Shown here: one piece after another, positions 36,901-44,165 of the stretch
Numbering within the stretch: position 1 is the first letter of the stretch
Layout: every line of letters starts with the position of its first letter
Assembly: GCA_964507275.1 (NCBI GenBank)
Contig: CAZDPG010000001.1
Span: 613,555 to 657,719, forward strand
Origin: an uncultured Candidatus Saccharibacteria bacterium
GTDB lineage: Bacteria; Patescibacteriota; Minisyncoccia; Phycocordibacterales; Phycocordibacteraceae
Direction of reading: 5' to 3'
Length of the DNA stretch: 44,165 bases
Position numbers and translations under genes: made by a program
Notes under the pieces: model-generated
Told to the model about the DNA's origin: nothing
The model's database searches: none
Seen by the model: only the letters and a program-made list of their open reading frames with translations

Positions 36901-37377
36901 AAGCTCGTGTTCACGGTCAGCAAGACCGCCGCAGTTACGCTTGGCGCAACCTCGACAATCGCTCTGTGGCAGGGAAGCAACCAGGTCGCTGGTAACTTCG
37001 CAACTGTCGCAGGTAGCCTCATAGCACAGGCAGGAACGGATCCTTGGGGCGCTAGCTCGACTGGCGGCACCTTGGCCTTCCTCCCGTCTGCAGAACAGAC
37101 CATCCTCGCAGGTGAAAGCGCAACGTATGAGCTCCGTGGTACCGTGGGCGGCCTCTCGGCTTCTCAGGGCTACTCGCTCGACATCTCGATTGCAACTGCT
37201 GCTTCCTCGGCAACGACGGGAGCATCCACAGCAACGGGTGCAGCAACACCTTCGTTCATCTGGTCTGACAAGTCGTCAGTCGCTACGGTGCACAGCACCT
37301 CAACGTCTGACTGGACGAACGACTACCTCATCAAGACCCTTCCTCTTACGGTCGGAAACTTGACGGCGTCGCTCTAA
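33973..37377 (+). CDS. Giant secreted cell-surface protein: signal peptide + peptidoglycan-binding domain + tandem divergent beta-sandwich modules
   Basis: Signal peptide ...LSLAPMAHA. PG_binding_1-like segment LTVGSTGADVTALQNALIAKGH...GYFGAQTVAAVKAWQ. At least 6 recurring modules. Very Ser/Thr/Ala/Gly-rich. Confidence 0.85.
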   Translation: MTTVTTKAMAKVAAVATGLAMATSMLSLAPMAHAAALTDAQVSSILSLLTSFGADASTIANVQASLTGGTPTSTGSGSTSSSYTFTRDLTVGSTGADVTALQNALIAKGHGIAAGATGYFGAQTVAAVKAWQVAAGITPAAGYFGPKSRAAFGGGVSTGGTTTGGVSAGTGTGLKVSLASDSPNNVALVQGQAIGALAKFTFANPTSSDIKVTNVGFKRIGVSNDSTLVNVYLYNGAKRVTDSAGLSNSAFNFNDPTGVFTVPAGQTYSVSVLADIAGSTSGQQVGVQLVSVTSTGTLDSSVSFPVNGYTQSVSAATLATVDFNTTTLPSSSSVNPQNDYVVWQNSVTIGTRAVKMSSFQLRNVGSIKNTDINNLRLYVDGVQAGSAATISSVDSTVTWDLSAAPLTLQTGGRVVKVVGDIVGGSNSTFQFSLRRASDASMIDTDLNQPVLATANGSTFSARSATSATIAAGTVSSVKANNSPSSSVSLGATNVKWASFELRAAGEDVKVENIDVQANTSLDHGLDNGKVFLNGVQVGSTKDLTDAADVNFTFGSSFILKAGTTAVVDVYADAKTSTGAAFTDGDTAAITLGLGASNGQGQVSLTSINVPTSDVTANTITITSSTATLTKYSGYANTTMIAGTNNAKLGSFTLSTGATEGMNVNTITVTLSTAEAATVTDLKLVDNATGAQIGSTKPTAADSNSFSVNFDMPASATKVVNIVANVKSGANAGPWAAFVDGSGTGSSTGSSITFGSSSSNALQTITIGSAVLTAVSGVSPDNQNVIAGASMVKVGTFDFTAQYSGYTIDKIKVKVLADAATAVSSITLKYPDSTGTSVSSSQNVTVSSGAQTHATSTFEGLTFYVPAGTTKKLDVYMNLSAIQADGDSGKSVTAILDYNEGFHATDSSGTADESLTASADLASTDTSGKGTLVVRKSIPTMSVGNAALVGGTLTNGSNKAIASVKITADAAGDVSWNKLVFTVSKTAAVTLGATSTIALWQGSNQVAGNFATVAGSLIAQAGTDPWGASSTGGTLAFLPSAEQTILAGESATYELRGTVGGLSASQGYSLDISIATAASSATTGASTATGAATPSFIWSDKSSVATVHSTSTSDWTNDYLIKTLPLTVGNLTASL

Positions 37378-37440
37378 TCCACGTCTTAGCCTCTCGCGCG
37401 AAAGCGCTTGAGATTCCAGCTAGGAAATTGGCCTAGCAAA

Positions 37441-37476
37441 CAAGAAAACCACCCTTCGGGGTGGTTTTCTTGTTTT
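37441..37476 (+). terminator. Terminator after the surface-protein gene
   Basis: 14-bp stem CAAGAAAACCACCC-TTCG-GGGTGGTTTTCTTG followed by TTTT. Confidence 0.85.
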
Positions 37477-37550
37477 AGCTCGCGCAGCCCCTTTCACAAA
37501 AGCCGTCTCACTTTGGCGAGGCGGCTTTTGGCATGATATGCTTCTCTCGT

Positions 37551-38240
37551 ATGAGCAAAAATCAATCTTTCCTTCTTATCGGTGTTCTCATCCTTGGTGT
37601 CGTTGGTCTCGTAGGGCTCTTCTTCCCGCGGCCAGCGGCGTCCCCGACGCTTCCTTCTGAGGAGGGGATCATCGCTACGAGCACGCCAGCAGCAGTGGAG
37701 GAAATCACTCCGGTCTCCGTCAAACCCATAGCGGCAGTCCAGCACCCGCTTCCTCTTGCGTCGGGCGATACGATTACCTCATGGGACTTCAAGGGCGCGT
37801 ACACCGGCAATTCTGAGCTTGTCGCAAAGGCGGAAAGCGAGATATCTCGTATATCCGGCCTGCTTCCGACTGCCACATCCTCGAAGATGATCCTTTTGAT
37901 CGCTGTCGCTAATGAATATGAGCTGCTCGGGAAAGGGAAGGAGCAATATGACTATCTGGGGCGCGCGGTGCGGGCAGATAGCGGGAACGGTCTCCCATGG
38001 CACAATCTCGGCGTGCTCATGGAGCGGCTACATGCGTATGAGACCGCACGCATCGCGTATAAGAAAGCAGCGACCCTGCAGCCGCAATTTGATCTCTATC
38101 ACTTCGCGTATATCGAATTCCTCATCCAGAACATGAAGACGCGCACGGATGTCATAGAGGACGCCTTCACTGCAGCAGAGAAGAGTATCGGGAAGGTTCA
38201 GTACCTTGCTGACCTCCGTGCGATGCTCGAGCAATCATGA
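37551..38240 (+). CDS. Membrane-anchored TPR-repeat protein
   Basis: N-terminal TM LLIGVLILGVVGLVGLFF. TPR-like repeats (YDYLGRAVRADSGNGLPWHNLGVLMERLHAYETARIAYKKAATLQP). Confidence 0.7.
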   Translation: MSKNQSFLLIGVLILGVVGLVGLFFPRPAASPTLPSEEGIIATSTPAAVEEITPVSVKPIAAVQHPLPLASGDTITSWDFKGAYTGNSELVAKAESEISRISGLLPTATSSKMILLIAVANEYELLGKGKEQYDYLGRAVRADSGNGLPWHNLGVLMERLHAYETARIAYKKAATLQPQFDLYHFAYIEFLIQNMKTRTDVIEDAFTAAEKSIGKVQYLADLRAMLEQS

Positions 38241-40477
38241 CGGACTTCTTAAAACGGGCGTTTCCCTATCTTCTCCTTGCGCCCGCGGTACTCCCGCTCG
38301 TGTATGTGAGCGGTCTCGTGTTTCCGTATGTGGCGGTCAAGACGTTCTCGCTCTGGACACTCGGTATCGCGGCGAGTGCGACATTTGCGTACCTCGCGCT
38401 TTCTGGGCACCCGTTCTTCTATGGGCGACTGCGGAATCCGCTTGCCTGGATTCCGATTGCTCTGCTCGCAGTCGAATACATCACGTCGCTATTCGGCATC
38501 GGTTTCTATCACAGCTTCTGGGGGCTTTTCGAGCGCGGGGACGGCCTCCTGACCTCTACGGTCATCACCGCTTTCTTCTATCTCATCCTTCTTTCCGCTG
38601 ACCGAGCGTTTCTTGAGCGCCTTGCGAAGACGACCGCGGTCGTGGCAGGAGCGGTTGCTTTCATAGCCGTGCTCCAGTGGGCCACCGCATCGTTCGGCGA
38701 GAAGGCGTGGTTTCTCCCGCCAGTCTCTGGGCGTATCGGAAGCACTCTCGGCAACGCTGCTTTCCTCGCGGGATACCTCGGCACCGCACTGTTCGTGATT
38801 CTCTATGCACTGCGCGATGCAACCGGTGCATGGCGGCGCATCCTCGGTATCGCGGCGCTCTTCTCGGCAGCAGCAATATTCTTCGCAGCGACACGCGGCA
38901 CGCTCCTCGCCGTCGCCCTCGCCGTTCTTGTCGCTCTTGTGTATGCCGCGATGAAAGGAGAAGGGAACCTGCGGGCGCGCAGCCGCATAGGGCTTTTCTC
39001 TCTTGCGTGTCTGACGATTCTCTTTTTCATGTTCCGAACCGAGCTCACGCACGCACCGTTCGAATCAGTACGGCGCATGGCATCCATATCGTTCTCTGAA
39101 GTGACGGTCAGCAGTCGTCTATTCGTCTGGCAGCATATCGGAGAAGAAGCATTGAAGCGCCCGTTCTCCGGATATGGAGCTGAACAGGTCGCCCATCTTT
39201 TCGATAAAGCCTATGATCCGAGCGCTATTAGCGAACAGTGGTTCGACCGTTCGCATAATGCATTCCTCGATTATTTCGCGCAGTACGGACTATTCGGTCT
39301 CGCGCTCTACCTCGCGCTCATTGGCGCATTCGCGGTTTCTGCATTCCGTCTCTCCCGCCGATTCCCATCGAACATCACGAACCCCGGAGTTCCTTTCCTA
39401 CTGCTTATCCTCACGTATGCGGTACAGAACTTCTTCGTCTTCGATACTCCTGCCTCGCTCTGGCTGATGTACGCGCTGTTTGCGACGCTCCTCGTCTCAA
39501 TCTCTGATACGCAGGAGACACGACTCACGGAGAAGAGAATGCCGCATGTCGTTCCGTACGTCGTGGCAGGAGTAATCATTCTCCTCCTTATCCCGACGGT
39601 TATCATGCCGCTTCGAGCGAATGTCCTCCTTACGAAAGGATATCTGCTGCACTTGGTTGACGTCGAGAAGGCAAACACGTACTTCAAACAAGGTCTTGCG
39701 CTCAACACCTATGCCGATTTGGAATACGGATACCAGGCCTATGATATGTATACCGATCATCAGGTGGTGCGGCTTAAAGGGGAAGATCTCGTCACAGCGT
39801 ATGAGTATGCGCTCTCTGTTCTCGTTGCGAATTTCGAGAAGTATCCGTATGACGCACGCACCGCGACATATCTCGGACACGTCATGGACACCGCGCCAGC
39901 AGGCGTCGCCATAGACGAATCGCTTGATCGACAGGCGCTCGATCGCGCCATCGCGCTCTCGCCGCTCCGCGCGCAGGCATGGTATATGACGGCGAACATC
40001 GCACTGCGTAAAGCGGACGCACTCCCTCAGAATGATCCTCGGAGAAGGGAATACTTCCAAGAAGCGCTCGGCGTTCTCGAGCACTATGCTAGCCTCGAGC
40101 CGACACTACCAGTGCCGGGATATACGCTCGCGACCCTTTACTACAAGATTGGCGATAACGTGAATGCGAAGAAGTGGGCAGACAAAGCGTATCCGCTCTA
40201 TACGACCCCTGATACGGCTGCGGCGGCTCCGGCGGTGAAATACTATCTAGCAATCGGGGATTGGTCGCATGCCGCCCGATTCTTGGCTGATCTCGTGGCA
40301 GAGAGTCCCTCCGATTTCGATGTCCTGTATGATCTTGCAAAAGTGACATATCTTGCTGGCGATCCGGCTGCGGCATCGCGAATCGTGGCACAGCTGCGCA
40401 CGAGCGCGCCGGGGTTGGTAGAGACCGATCAGAACTTCCTCGCCGCCATCAATGCTTATGAACAATCGAGAAAATAG
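38237..40477 (+). CDS. O-antigen-ligase-like (Wzy_C family) polytopic membrane protein fused to C-terminal TPR repeats
   Basis: More than 10 TM segments, AATRGTLLAV and SHNAFLDYFAQYGLFG (Wzy_C-type loop), and a C-terminal TPR region of about 300 aa. ATGA overlap with the upstream TPR gene. Confidence 0.75.
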   Translation: MTDFLKRAFPYLLLAPAVLPLVYVSGLVFPYVAVKTFSLWTLGIAASATFAYLALSGHPFFYGRLRNPLAWIPIALLAVEYITSLFGIGFYHSFWGLFERGDGLLTSTVITAFFYLILLSADRAFLERLAKTTAVVAGAVAFIAVLQWATASFGEKAWFLPPVSGRIGSTLGNAAFLAGYLGTALFVILYALRDATGAWRRILGIAALFSAAAIFFAATRGTLLAVALAVLVALVYAAMKGEGNLRARSRIGLFSLACLTILFFMFRTELTHAPFESVRRMASISFSEVTVSSRLFVWQHIGEEALKRPFSGYGAEQVAHLFDKAYDPSAISEQWFDRSHNAFLDYFAQYGLFGLALYLALIGAFAVSAFRLSRRFPSNITNPGVPFLLLILTYAVQNFFVFDTPASLWLMYALFATLLVSISDTQETRLTEKRMPHVVPYVVAGVIILLLIPTVIMPLRANVLLTKGYLLHLVDVEKANTYFKQGLALNTYADLEYGYQAYDMYTDHQVVRLKGEDLVTAYEYALSVLVANFEKYPYDARTATYLGHVMDTAPAGVAIDESLDRQALDRAIALSPLRAQAWYMTANIALRKADALPQNDPRRREYFQEALGVLEHYASLEPTLPVPGYTLATLYYKIGDNVNAKKWADKAYPLYTTPDTAAAAPAVKYYLAIGDWSHAARFLADLVAESPSDFDVLYDLAKVTYLAGDPAAASRIVAQLRTSAPGLVETDQNFLAAINAYEQSRK

Positions 40478-40479
40478 AG

Positions 40480-40778
40480 AGAGCTTGCGCGACCGGGAGC
40501 GACGGATGTTGCCGTTTGTCGTCGAGTTTGTGAAGTTTTCTTCCGGTTTCGCTATGCTCATCGCGGTTGCTTTGTTTACGCTCCATATCGCCAGTGCCGC
40601 GATGCCGTAGGCGCACCTCCAAGGAGGTTGCATTTCGACCCTATTCTGGTAGGGTTTGTCTTGTACGAACCGAAGACAGTGGGTACGGCGAAAGCTGATA
40701 AATCCTGCCGAGGCGAGACCTCCCACTATTAGGGATAACGGTCGAACTCTCCTTTATTTCGTTCGTGCGAAAAATCGT
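40480..40778 (+). promoter_or_regulatory. Long structured leader upstream of rplJ (possible L10-leader-type autoregulatory element)
   Basis: A 300-nt non-coding gap that is stop-poor on both strands. Hairpins include AGTGGG 40677-40682 / CCCACT 40722-40727. Supported by position only. Confidence 0.3.
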
Positions 40779-41270
40779 ATGGCAATATCAAAAGACAAGA
40801 AACGCGAGATTATCGAGAAGCTCACGGACGCTTTCAAGGAAGCGTCTGCCATCACGTTCGTCGGCTTTACGAAGCTTACGGTCGCTGATTCCTCGAAGAT
40901 GCGCAATGAGCTCGCGCAAGCGGGCGTGCGGCTCTTCGTTGCGAAGAAGACGCTCATTCGTAAAGCGCTTGAGACTCGTGGATATGCCGGCACCCTGTCG
41001 GAACTTCCTGGCGAGGTCGCCGTTGCATGGACGACGGCAGATGTCACGGCGCCGGCGCGCGGTGTGCATGAGTACGGCAAGAAGCTGAAGGGCGTTCTCA
41101 CGCTCCTTGGTGGTGTATTCGAGAATGCATTCGTCGATGCTTCGCAGATGGTCGCGATTGCGACTATTCCGCCTATGCCGATCCTGCGTGGCATGTTCGT
41201 GAATGTCATCAACAGCCCGATCCAGGGACTGGTGGTTGCACTCGATAAGATTCGTGAGAAGAAGGCTTAA
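40779..41270 (+). CDS. rplJ: 50S ribosomal protein L10
   Basis: [59 protein letters not shown]. Confidence 0.95.
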   Translation: MAISKDKKREIIEKLTDAFKEASAITFVGFTKLTVADSSKMRNELAQAGVRLFVAKKTLIRKALETRGYAGTLSELPGEVAVAWTTADVTAPARGVHEYGKKLKGVLTLLGGVFENAFVDASQMVAIATIPPMPILRGMFVNVINSPIQGLVVALDKIREKKA

Positions 41271-41293
41271 TAGAAATTTGTAATCATCACATT

Positions 41294-41740
41294 ATGGAAG
41301 ACACAACTCCAGAAGTCGTCGCTGAGGCAGCACCTGCAGCAGCTCCCGCAGCTGAAGAGGCCGTTGAGGTGCCGAGTAAGTTCAAGAAGCTCGTCGAGGA
41401 AATCGAGACGATGACCGTCATCGAGCTTTCTGAGCTCGTGAAGGTGCTCGAGAAGAAGTTCGGCGTGAGCGCCGCAGCAGTTGCCGTTGCCGGTCCGGCA
41501 GCAGCAGGTGCAGCAGAAGAGGAAGGGAAATCGACAGCTGATGTCGAGCTCACCGACTCCGGTGCTACGAAGATCGCAGTTATCAAAGTGGTGAAGGAGG
41601 CCCTTTCCCTCGGTTTGAAGGAGGCAAAGGATCTCGTCGACGCCGCTCCTTCGATGCTCAAGCAGGGCATGAAGAAGGAAGATGCTGCCGAGCTCGCAAA
41701 GAAGCTCACCGACGCAGGTGCGAAGGTGACGTTGAAGTAA
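41294..41740 (+). CDS. rplL: 50S ribosomal protein L7/L12
   Basis: Ala-rich hinge and C-terminal domain [27 protein letters not shown]...[17 protein letters not shown]. Confidence 0.95.
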   Translation: MEDTTPEVVAEAAPAAAPAAEEAVEVPSKFKKLVEEIETMTVIELSELVKVLEKKFGVSAAAVAVAGPAAAGAAEEEGKSTADVELTDSGATKIAVIKVVKEALSLGLKEAKDLVDAAPSMLKQGMKKEDAAELAKKLTDAGAKVTLK

Positions 41741-41780
41741 TCGAACAGAACCCTGTGTGTTTCTGCGTTCGCAGAGCACC

Positions 41781-41825
41781 GCAAAACGCGCTCTCGTCAA
41801 TGACGAAAGCGCGTTTTGCTTTTGG
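41781..41825 (+). terminator. Terminator after rplL
   Basis: Long hairpin GCAAAACGCGCT...AGCGCGTTTTGC (with an inner stem TCGTC/GACGA) followed by TTTTGG. Confidence 0.85.
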
Positions 41826-41844
41826 TGGGCAGAACCTCTACACT
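41816..41844 (+). promoter_or_regulatory. Promoter for the wHTH gene at 41855
   Basis: TTGCTT at 41816-41821, a 17-nt spacer, then TACACT at 41839-41844, 10 nt before the ATG. Confidence 0.4.
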
Positions 41845-41854
41845 AGCGGCATCC

Positions 41855-42424
41855 ATGGAACCTCTCGCAAAGATCTTCGGTTCGCCTGCCCGTCTCAAGA
41901 TGCTCAGGCTCTTCGTGTTCAATCAGAATGCTAGCCTTACGCTCGCCGAGGTAGCGCTCAGGACGAAGCTTTCTGTCGAGATCGTGCGGCGCGAACTTAC
42001 TGACCTCACCCTCGCCGGCCTGCTGCGTAAGCGTGGAGTACGGGCAGCAGCTCGTTATCAGGTGAATCCTCGTTTCGAGAACTTGTCTGCGCTTGATAGT
42101 TTCGTCCGCGATACGACGAGCGTACGTCCACAGAATATCCTTGCTGCACTTCGGCGTGCCGGCACACCGCGGCTCATCGTCCTCTCAGGCATCTTCGTCG
42201 GTGTTCTTGATACGCAGATCGATCTTCTTATCGTGGGGGACCGTCTCGATGAACGCGTACTCGCAACCGCCATCCGCTCGCTTGAAGCGGAGTTTGGGCG
42301 TGAGGTCCGCTATGCTTCCTTCACAACCACTGATTTCCGCTACCGCTTGGGGGTCTATGACCGCCTCCTGCGCGACGTTTTTGATTATCCACACCGCGTC
42401 CTTATCGATAAGATAGGGCTCTAA
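41855..42424 (+). CDS. Hypothetical protein with N-terminal winged-helix (ArsR/MarR-like) domain
   Basis: FGSPARLKMLRLFVFNQNASLTLAEVALRTKLSVEIVRRELTDLTLAGLLRK. The C-terminal domain is unassigned. Confidence 0.6.
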   Translation: MEPLAKIFGSPARLKMLRLFVFNQNASLTLAEVALRTKLSVEIVRRELTDLTLAGLLRKRGVRAAARYQVNPRFENLSALDSFVRDTTSVRPQNILAALRRAGTPRLIVLSGIFVGVLDTQIDLLIVGDRLDERVLATAIRSLEAEFGREVRYASFTTTDFRYRLGVYDRLLRDVFDYPHRVLIDKIGL

Positions 42425-42500
42425 AAATGCTATACTTGTGGCAGACGCTCGCAGTTGAAAAAGGCGAGATATTAATCGTATAAACAACGCATTATCTATT

Positions 42501-43184
42501 ATGGTTTTCACCACATGGGCAGAAGTATTGAGTCAGTCTTTCCAGAATCTCTTCTACGGGTTGGTGACATTCGTCCCTAATCTCGTGGTCGCGGTCGTTA
42601 TCTTCATCGTCGGCTGGCTCGTCGGCGTCGGTCTTGGTCGTGTCGTCTCGCAGATTGTCACTTCGCTTCGCGTCGATCAGGCATTCAAGGCAACCGGTAT
42701 CGAGCAGGTGTTGTCGCGTGCAGGGTACGGTTTCTCTTCTGGTAAGTTCCTCGGATTCCTCGTGAAGTGGTTCTTCATTATCGTCTTCCTGGTGGCAGCA
42801 CTCGATGTGCTCCATCTCGCAACGGTTAACCTCTTCATCAGCGAGGTCGTCCTCGGTTACCTGCCTCAGGTTATCGTCGCCGTACTGATTCTTCTTGTGG
42901 CAGCCGTTATCGCAGAAGCAGCTCGCCGTGTTGTCGAAGGTTCGGCAAAGGCAGCATCGCTTCATGCCGCCGGCTTCCTCGGCAAGGTCGCGCAGTATGC
43001 CATCTGGATATTCGCGCTTCTCGCTGCGCTTGCTCAGCTCAATGTCGCAACGGCCTTCGTACAGACCCTGTTCACGGGTGTCGTCATCGCCGTCTCGCTC
43101 GCGGTCGGACTCGCGTTCGGCCTCGGGGGACAGGTAGCAGCAGCTCGCTATCTCGAGCATCTGCACTCAGAGATTAAGGACTAA
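42501..43184 (+). CDS. Conserved-TM-helix repeat membrane protein (mechanosensitive-channel-N-terminal-like)
   Basis: Four to five repeated TM units with similar loops (LVTFVPNLVVAVVIFIVGWLVG..., LGYLPQVIVAVLILLVAAVIAE...). Confidence 0.65.
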   Translation: MVFTTWAEVLSQSFQNLFYGLVTFVPNLVVAVVIFIVGWLVGVGLGRVVSQIVTSLRVDQAFKATGIEQVLSRAGYGFSSGKFLGFLVKWFFIIVFLVAALDVLHLATVNLFISEVVLGYLPQVIVAVLILLVAAVIAEAARRVVEGSAKAASLHAAGFLGKVAQYAIWIFALLAALAQLNVATAFVQTLFTGVVIAVSLAVGLAFGLGGQVAAARYLEHLHSEIKD

Positions 43185-43211
43185 ATCAGCCAAAGAGGCT
43201 GGTATTCCGCC

Positions 43212-43250
43212 AAAGAAACACCCTCCGAAAGGAGGGTGTTTCTTTATATA
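43212..43250 (+). terminator. Terminator before the rRNA promoter
   Basis: AAAGAAACACCCTCC-GAAA-GGAGGGTGTTTCTTT followed by ATATA. Confidence 0.85.
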
Positions 43251-43271
43251 AAACGAGGAGTCCTCATATGC

Positions 43272-43300
43272 TTGACGCCCCAGCGTCTGTCGTCTATACT
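43272..43300 (+). promoter_or_regulatory. 23S rRNA promoter
   Basis: TTGACG at 43272-43277, an exact 17-nt spacer, then TATACT at 43295-43300, about 225 nt upstream of the mature 23S 5' region. Confidence 0.65.
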
Positions 43301-43521
43301 CGCTTTACGTGTCTACGAACCGAAAGAACTCAACTTTAAGGAGCGGATAGGCCGTAAGGCCCGCGCGTGTAAACGCGAAAGAACCGCTTCTGGCGGTTCT
43401 TTCGTTTCTGAAGACACTGAATCTTTGACATACGAATACGCAAAGGTAATTGAAGGCTCCGCGGCTCACCGCTGCGGAGTATCAAAGTGCAGATAGATAA
43501 TGATTGTGGTATGTAGGTCTC

Positions 43522-44165
<644 letters not shown>

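Noticed and set aside
41267-41800. Minus-strand ORFs of 165-177 aa
   Set aside because: They are antisense to rplL, and the Ala/Ser/Cys-rich translation mirrors the Ala-rich L7/L12 hinge.
42492-43166. 224-aa minus-strand ORF
   Set aside because: It is antisense to the TM-helix-repeat membrane protein gene, whose hydrophobic periodicity is convincing. The antisense product is an Asp/Glu/Arg-rich artefact.

Overview
This is a 44.2-kb fragment coded almost entirely on the + strand. By inference only, it looks like a small-genome, Candidate Phyla Radiation (Patescibacteria/Parcubacteria)-like bacterium. The hallmarks are a 23S rRNA gene with its own promoter and no 16S or tRNA upstream, a split rplK / rplJ-rplL cluster with no rplA at either junction, many -10 boxes sitting only 6-10 nt from start codons, a giant Ser/Thr-rich surface protein, and short forms of RecO, MetRS and SecE.

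Most of the window (about 5.98-44.2 kb) is housekeeping. It holds secE-nusG-rplK, a folA/thyA/dCTP-deaminase module, argS, ileS, recO, glyQS, metG, tatD, rpsF-ssb-rpsR, efp, an ECF sigma with a putative anti-sigma, recA, ftsK, a surface protein plus TPR and O-antigen-ligase-like genes, rplJ-rplL, tRNA-His and the 5' part of 23S rRNA.

The clear accessory region is the left 5.65 kb, which has visibly lower GC. It carries the 3' part of a C5 DNA methyltransferase, then one promoter-to-terminator operon of six tightly coupled genes: a small basic helical protein, a GHKL (Bergerat-fold) ATPase, two proteins with no motif I can recognise, a stand-alone TIR-like protein and a 3-TM SLATT-like membrane protein. 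I consider this operon the best candidate for an undescribed anti-phage or conflict system.

Secondary points of interest:
- an IleRS with an in-frame histidine-phosphatase (PGM-family) domain insertion;
- an unassigned structured-RNA-like region upstream of a cob(I)alamin adenosyltransferase gene;
- promoter-plus-immediate-terminator arrangements upstream of secE and of the surface-protein gene;
- a 48-nt hairpin expansion in 23S domain I.

I saw no CRISPR array, transposase, integrase or reverse transcriptase. All homology calls come from motif recognition by eye in the supplied translations. No database search was run.
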